From Candidatus Firestoneibacteriota bacterium (GTDB taxonomy: Bacteria > Oederibacteriota > D2-FULL-39-29 > JBDRBU01), in the NCBI GenBank assembly GCA_043822305.1, contig JBDRBU010000006.1, positions 1 through 40,030 on the forward strand: 40,030 nt of DNA. Direction: 5' to 3'. Under the pieces are notes generated by a model. It had not been told where the DNA came from and did no database searches. It saw only the letters and a list, made by a program, of their open reading frames with translations. This document shows positions 37,204 to 40,030 of the stretch, one piece after another; position 1 is the first letter of the stretch, and the number at the start of each line of letters is the position of its first letter. The position numbers and the translations under genes are program-made.

Positions 37204-39936
37204 ATGCCCAATACATCAGAAACAGATTTAACATTCTTTACTAATGAAAAAGGCAAGACTCTCCTGGATAGGTTCAAGATAACCTTAGAAAATAACACCA
37301 AATTCTTTGATGTTATTGTGGGCTTTTTTAGGACCAGCGGGTTTTTCCACCTATACAAATCCTTAGAAAAAGTAGAAAAAGTTAGAATATTAGTTGGGAT
37401 TAATGTCAATAAGCAAGTAAAAGATCTTGTAGATCAAGCAAAAGGAACTCAATTAACGATCAAATTTTCACATAAGGAAGCAAAGGACAAATTTTCTGAT
37501 GAAGTAGCTTCGGAAATGGAAGAATCTGAAGATAATGTAGATGTAGAGTTAGGAGTTCAGAAGTTTGTAGAATTTATAAAATCAGGAAAATTAGAAATCC
37601 GAGCATATCCTTCTCAAGATATTCACGCCAAAGTATATATCATTAGAAAAGATACAACCAAGAGCGAAGATTATGGAAGAGTTATAACTGGCTCAAGTAA
37701 TTTTTCATATGCAGGGCTACATGAAAACCTTGAATTTAATGTAGAACTAAAAGACAGTAGGGATGTTAGATATGCTCTTGAAAAGTTTGAAACCTTGTGG
37801 AAAGATTCCATAGATATTTCAGAAAAATACATTGAAACAATCAATCAAAGAACCTGGCTAAATGATACTATTACTCCTTATGAGCTTTATTTAAAATTCC
37901 TTTATGAATATTTTAGAGAAAAGATAAATGAAGATATGGACGAGATTTACAAGGATAGGAGGTATCTGCCACTTGGTTTTATGGATTTAGAATATCAAAA
38001 TGAAGCTGTAAAGGATGCTATGGCTAAATTGGGTGATTATGGTGGGGTATTTTTGGCAGATGTAGTGGGTTTAGGTAAAACATACATTTCAGCTATGTTA
38101 GCTCAGCAATTAGAACCATATACACTTGTAATATGTCCACCGGTCCTAAAAGAATATTGGCAGGATACTTTTAGGGATTTTGGTGTAAGAGGATTCGAAG
38201 TTGAATCACTAGGTAAGTTGGATAAGATAATTGAAAAGGGTGTAGAAAAATACAGAAATATATTTATAGATGAGGCCCATCGTTTCAGGAATGAAACAAA
38301 CCAAACTTATGAAAATCTTAAACAAATATGCTGGGGAAAAAGAGTTATTTTGGTTTCTGCGACACCTTTAAACAATACTCCATATGATCTTTTAAGCCAA
38401 ATAGGATTATTTCAGAAAAAACATAATAGTGTTATCCCCGGAGTAATGGATTTAGATAAATTTTTTGGAGGACTTCAAAAAAAACTTAAATCAGTAGATC
38501 GTAAAAATATAATAAATTATCTAAAAATAGTAAAAGAAAACTCGCATGAAATAAGGGAATCAATTTTAAAATATCTAATGGTAAGAAGGACCCGCTCGGA
38601 GGTACTAAAGTATTTTGAAAAAGATTTGGAACAGCAAAAATTAAACTTTCCTTCTGTCGAAGAGCCAAAAAAAGTATATTATGAATTCGATGCTAATCTT
38701 GATAAAATATTTACAAGAACAATTGAATTAATAAAAGTATTTAAATATGCAAGATACATGCCAATTGTTTATCTTAAAGAGCCGGATCCACAATTAAAGA
38801 CTGGACAGTTAAATATGGGTCGTTTTATGAAGATTTTACTTGTTAAACGATTAGAAAGTAGTTTTTATGCCTTTAAAAAGAGCATAGGCAGATTTATTTA
38901 TTCTTATACTAAGTTTATTGAAATGTTTGAAACAGGGACAATATTAATAAGCAAAAAATATGGAGATAAAATATTTGAAGCATTAGATAATGATGATGAA
39001 GAAAAGATTATGAAACTTATTGAACAAGAAAAAATACAGAAGTATGAATCCAGTGATTTCATAGATAGTTATAAACAGCATTTGCAGGAAGATTTAGATA
39101 TACTTTTAGAAATTAAAAAACTTTGGGAAGACGTTAATACAGATCCAAAGATAAATAAATTTAAGACCATATTATTAAAAGATGAAGTATTAAAAACCAA
39201 TAAGATTATTGTTTTTACAGAGTCAAAAGAAACAGCGGAATACTTAGAAAAGAATTTAAAGCCGATTTTTAATGAAAAGATTTTATCTTATTCAAGTGCT
39301 TCCGGTGCTGTTATAAGAGACAGGATTATAGAAAATTATGATCCAAGATGCAATAAACAAAAGGATGATATTCAAATAATTGTAACCACAGATATTCTTT
39401 CTGAGGGTGTTAATATGCATCGCTCTAATGTGGTTATTAATTATGATATCCCATGGAATCCTACAAAAATATTGCAAAGGGTTGGCAGGGTAAATAGAGT
39501 GGATACAAAATATAGTAAAGTCCATGTGTATAATTTCTTTCCTACAATACAGTCTAATAGTGAAATTAAACTCGAAGAATGTGCAATAGCTAAGATTCAG
39601 GCATTCCATTCTACTTTAGGTGAAGATTCCCAGTATTTAACGGAAGGGGAAGAAATATCTTCCTATGGGTTATTTAACATGGTAAATTCAAGAAAGATAC
39701 TAGAAAATGGTGGAGAGGAATCAGAAGATTCAGAGCTTGAATATTTGTCAGAAATAAGAGATATAAGGGATAAAAAAACAGATTTATACGAAAAGATAAA
39801 AAGATTGCCTAAAAAAGCAAGAAGCGCAAAATCCATAAGTGATAAGAATGAATCTGTGGTAACATTCTTTAGAAAGGGTAAATTAAGAAAAATATTGGTT
39901 CTTTCGTATTTATTGTGGGTACCTCCTTGGATTTAA
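37204..39936 (+). CDS. N-terminal PLD/HKD-family nuclease domain fused to an SF2 SNF2/DEAH-type helicase (putative restriction or defence translocase-nuclease)
   Basis: HKD motif DIHAKVYIIRK...GSSNFSYAGL. Helicase motifs GLGKT (I), FIDEAHRFRN (II, DEAH), VSATPLNN (III), QRVGRVNR (VI). The ORF ends 94 bp from the window edge. Confidence 0.8.
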   Translation: MPNTSETDLTFFTNEKGKTLLDRFKITLENNTKFFDVIVGFFRTSGFFHLYKSLEKVEKVRILVGINVNKQVKDLVDQAKGTQLTIKFSHKEAKDKFSDEVASEMEESEDNVDVELGVQKFVEFIKSGKLEIRAYPSQDIHAKVYIIRKDTTKSEDYGRVITGSSNFSYAGLHENLEFNVELKDSRDVRYALEKFETLWKDSIDISEKYIETINQRTWLNDTITPYELYLKFLYEYFREKINEDMDEIYKDRRYLPLGFMDLEYQNEAVKDAMAKLGDYGGVFLADVVGLGKTYISAMLAQQLEPYTLVICPPVLKEYWQDTFRDFGVRGFEVESLGKLDKIIEKGVEKYRNIFIDEAHRFRNETNQTYENLKQICWGKRVILVSATPLNNTPYDLLSQIGLFQKKHNSVIPGVMDLDKFFGGLQKKLKSVDRKNIINYLKIVKENSHEIRESILKYLMVRRTRSEVLKYFEKDLEQQKLNFPSVEEPKKVYYEFDANLDKIFTRTIELIKVFKYARYMPIVYLKEPDPQLKTGQLNMGRFMKILLVKRLESSFYAFKKSIGRFIYSYTKFIEMFETGTILISKKYGDKIFEALDNDDEEKIMKLIEQEKIQKYESSDFIDSYKQHLQEDLDILLEIKKLWEDVNTDPKINKFKTILLKDEVLKTNKIIVFTESKETAEYLEKNLKPIFNEKILSYSSASGAVIRDRIIENYDPRCNKQKDDIQIIVTTDILSEGVNMHRSNVVINYDIPWNPTKILQRVGRVNRVDTKYSKVHVYNFFPTIQSNSEIKLEECAIAKIQAFHSTLGEDSQYLTEGEEISSYGLFNMVNSRKILENGGEESEDSELEYLSEIRDIRDKKTDLYEKIKRLPKKARSAKSISDKNESVVTFFRKGKLRKILVLSYLLWVPPWI

Positions 39937-40030
39937 CAGCCCGCAATGTTGATGGATTTTTAGTTTAAAATATTCGACATCCCTATACCCATAAGCCATT
40001 CGTTTAAGCCGTTTAATTTTATTGTTAATT

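Overview
This looks like the chromosomal replication-origin region of a low-GC, Firmicutes-like bacterium. Reading the sequence and the ORF track, I find: (1) the window opens inside a degraded IS1182/IS5-type transposase. (2) A minus-strand rpmH-rnpA-yidD-yidC-X-mnmE operon follows, where X is a secreted HEAT/TPR-repeat protein in the position Jag/KhpB usually occupies. (3) Next comes a plus-strand dnaA-dnaN-recF-DUF721(DciA-like)-gyrB block, with DnaA boxes upstream of dnaA and a DnaA-box cluster plus AT-rich unwinding element between dnaA and dnaN. (4) After that comes the Firmicutes-type yacL-ispD ... ispF ... gltX-uppP arrangement. An ~8 kb insertion (15.4-23.5 kb) separates ispD from ispF. 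The insertion carries a micro-ORF and an SPFH gene, an unusual GcvT-SHMT fusion, a CTP_transf_1 membrane protein and a 1135-aa tandemly duplicated CPBP-protease membrane protein. (5) The accessory 3' part of the window holds the following. An AbiEii-like pseudogene overlaps a K+ channel by TAATG. A cytochrome-c-like lipoprotein lacks CXXCH. A tightly packed four-gene operon runs RhuM-Fic / LarE-type PP-loop sulfur transferase / circularly permuted N4-N6 DNA methyltransferase / PD-(D/E)xK nuclease. This operon is the best candidate for an undescribed modification-restriction or defence system. Then come a cNMP-binding protein, pilT, yjbQ, pfkA and a radical-SAM/HhH protein, and finally a PLD-nuclease/SNF2-helicase fusion that runs to the window edge. 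Several short dispersed motifs (GGGACAGACACC-type, GGGTCAGAGTCA, TGTCCCTA) and a promoter plus nested-hairpin element upstream of dnaA are not explained by the coding features. I found no tRNA, rRNA or CRISPR array.
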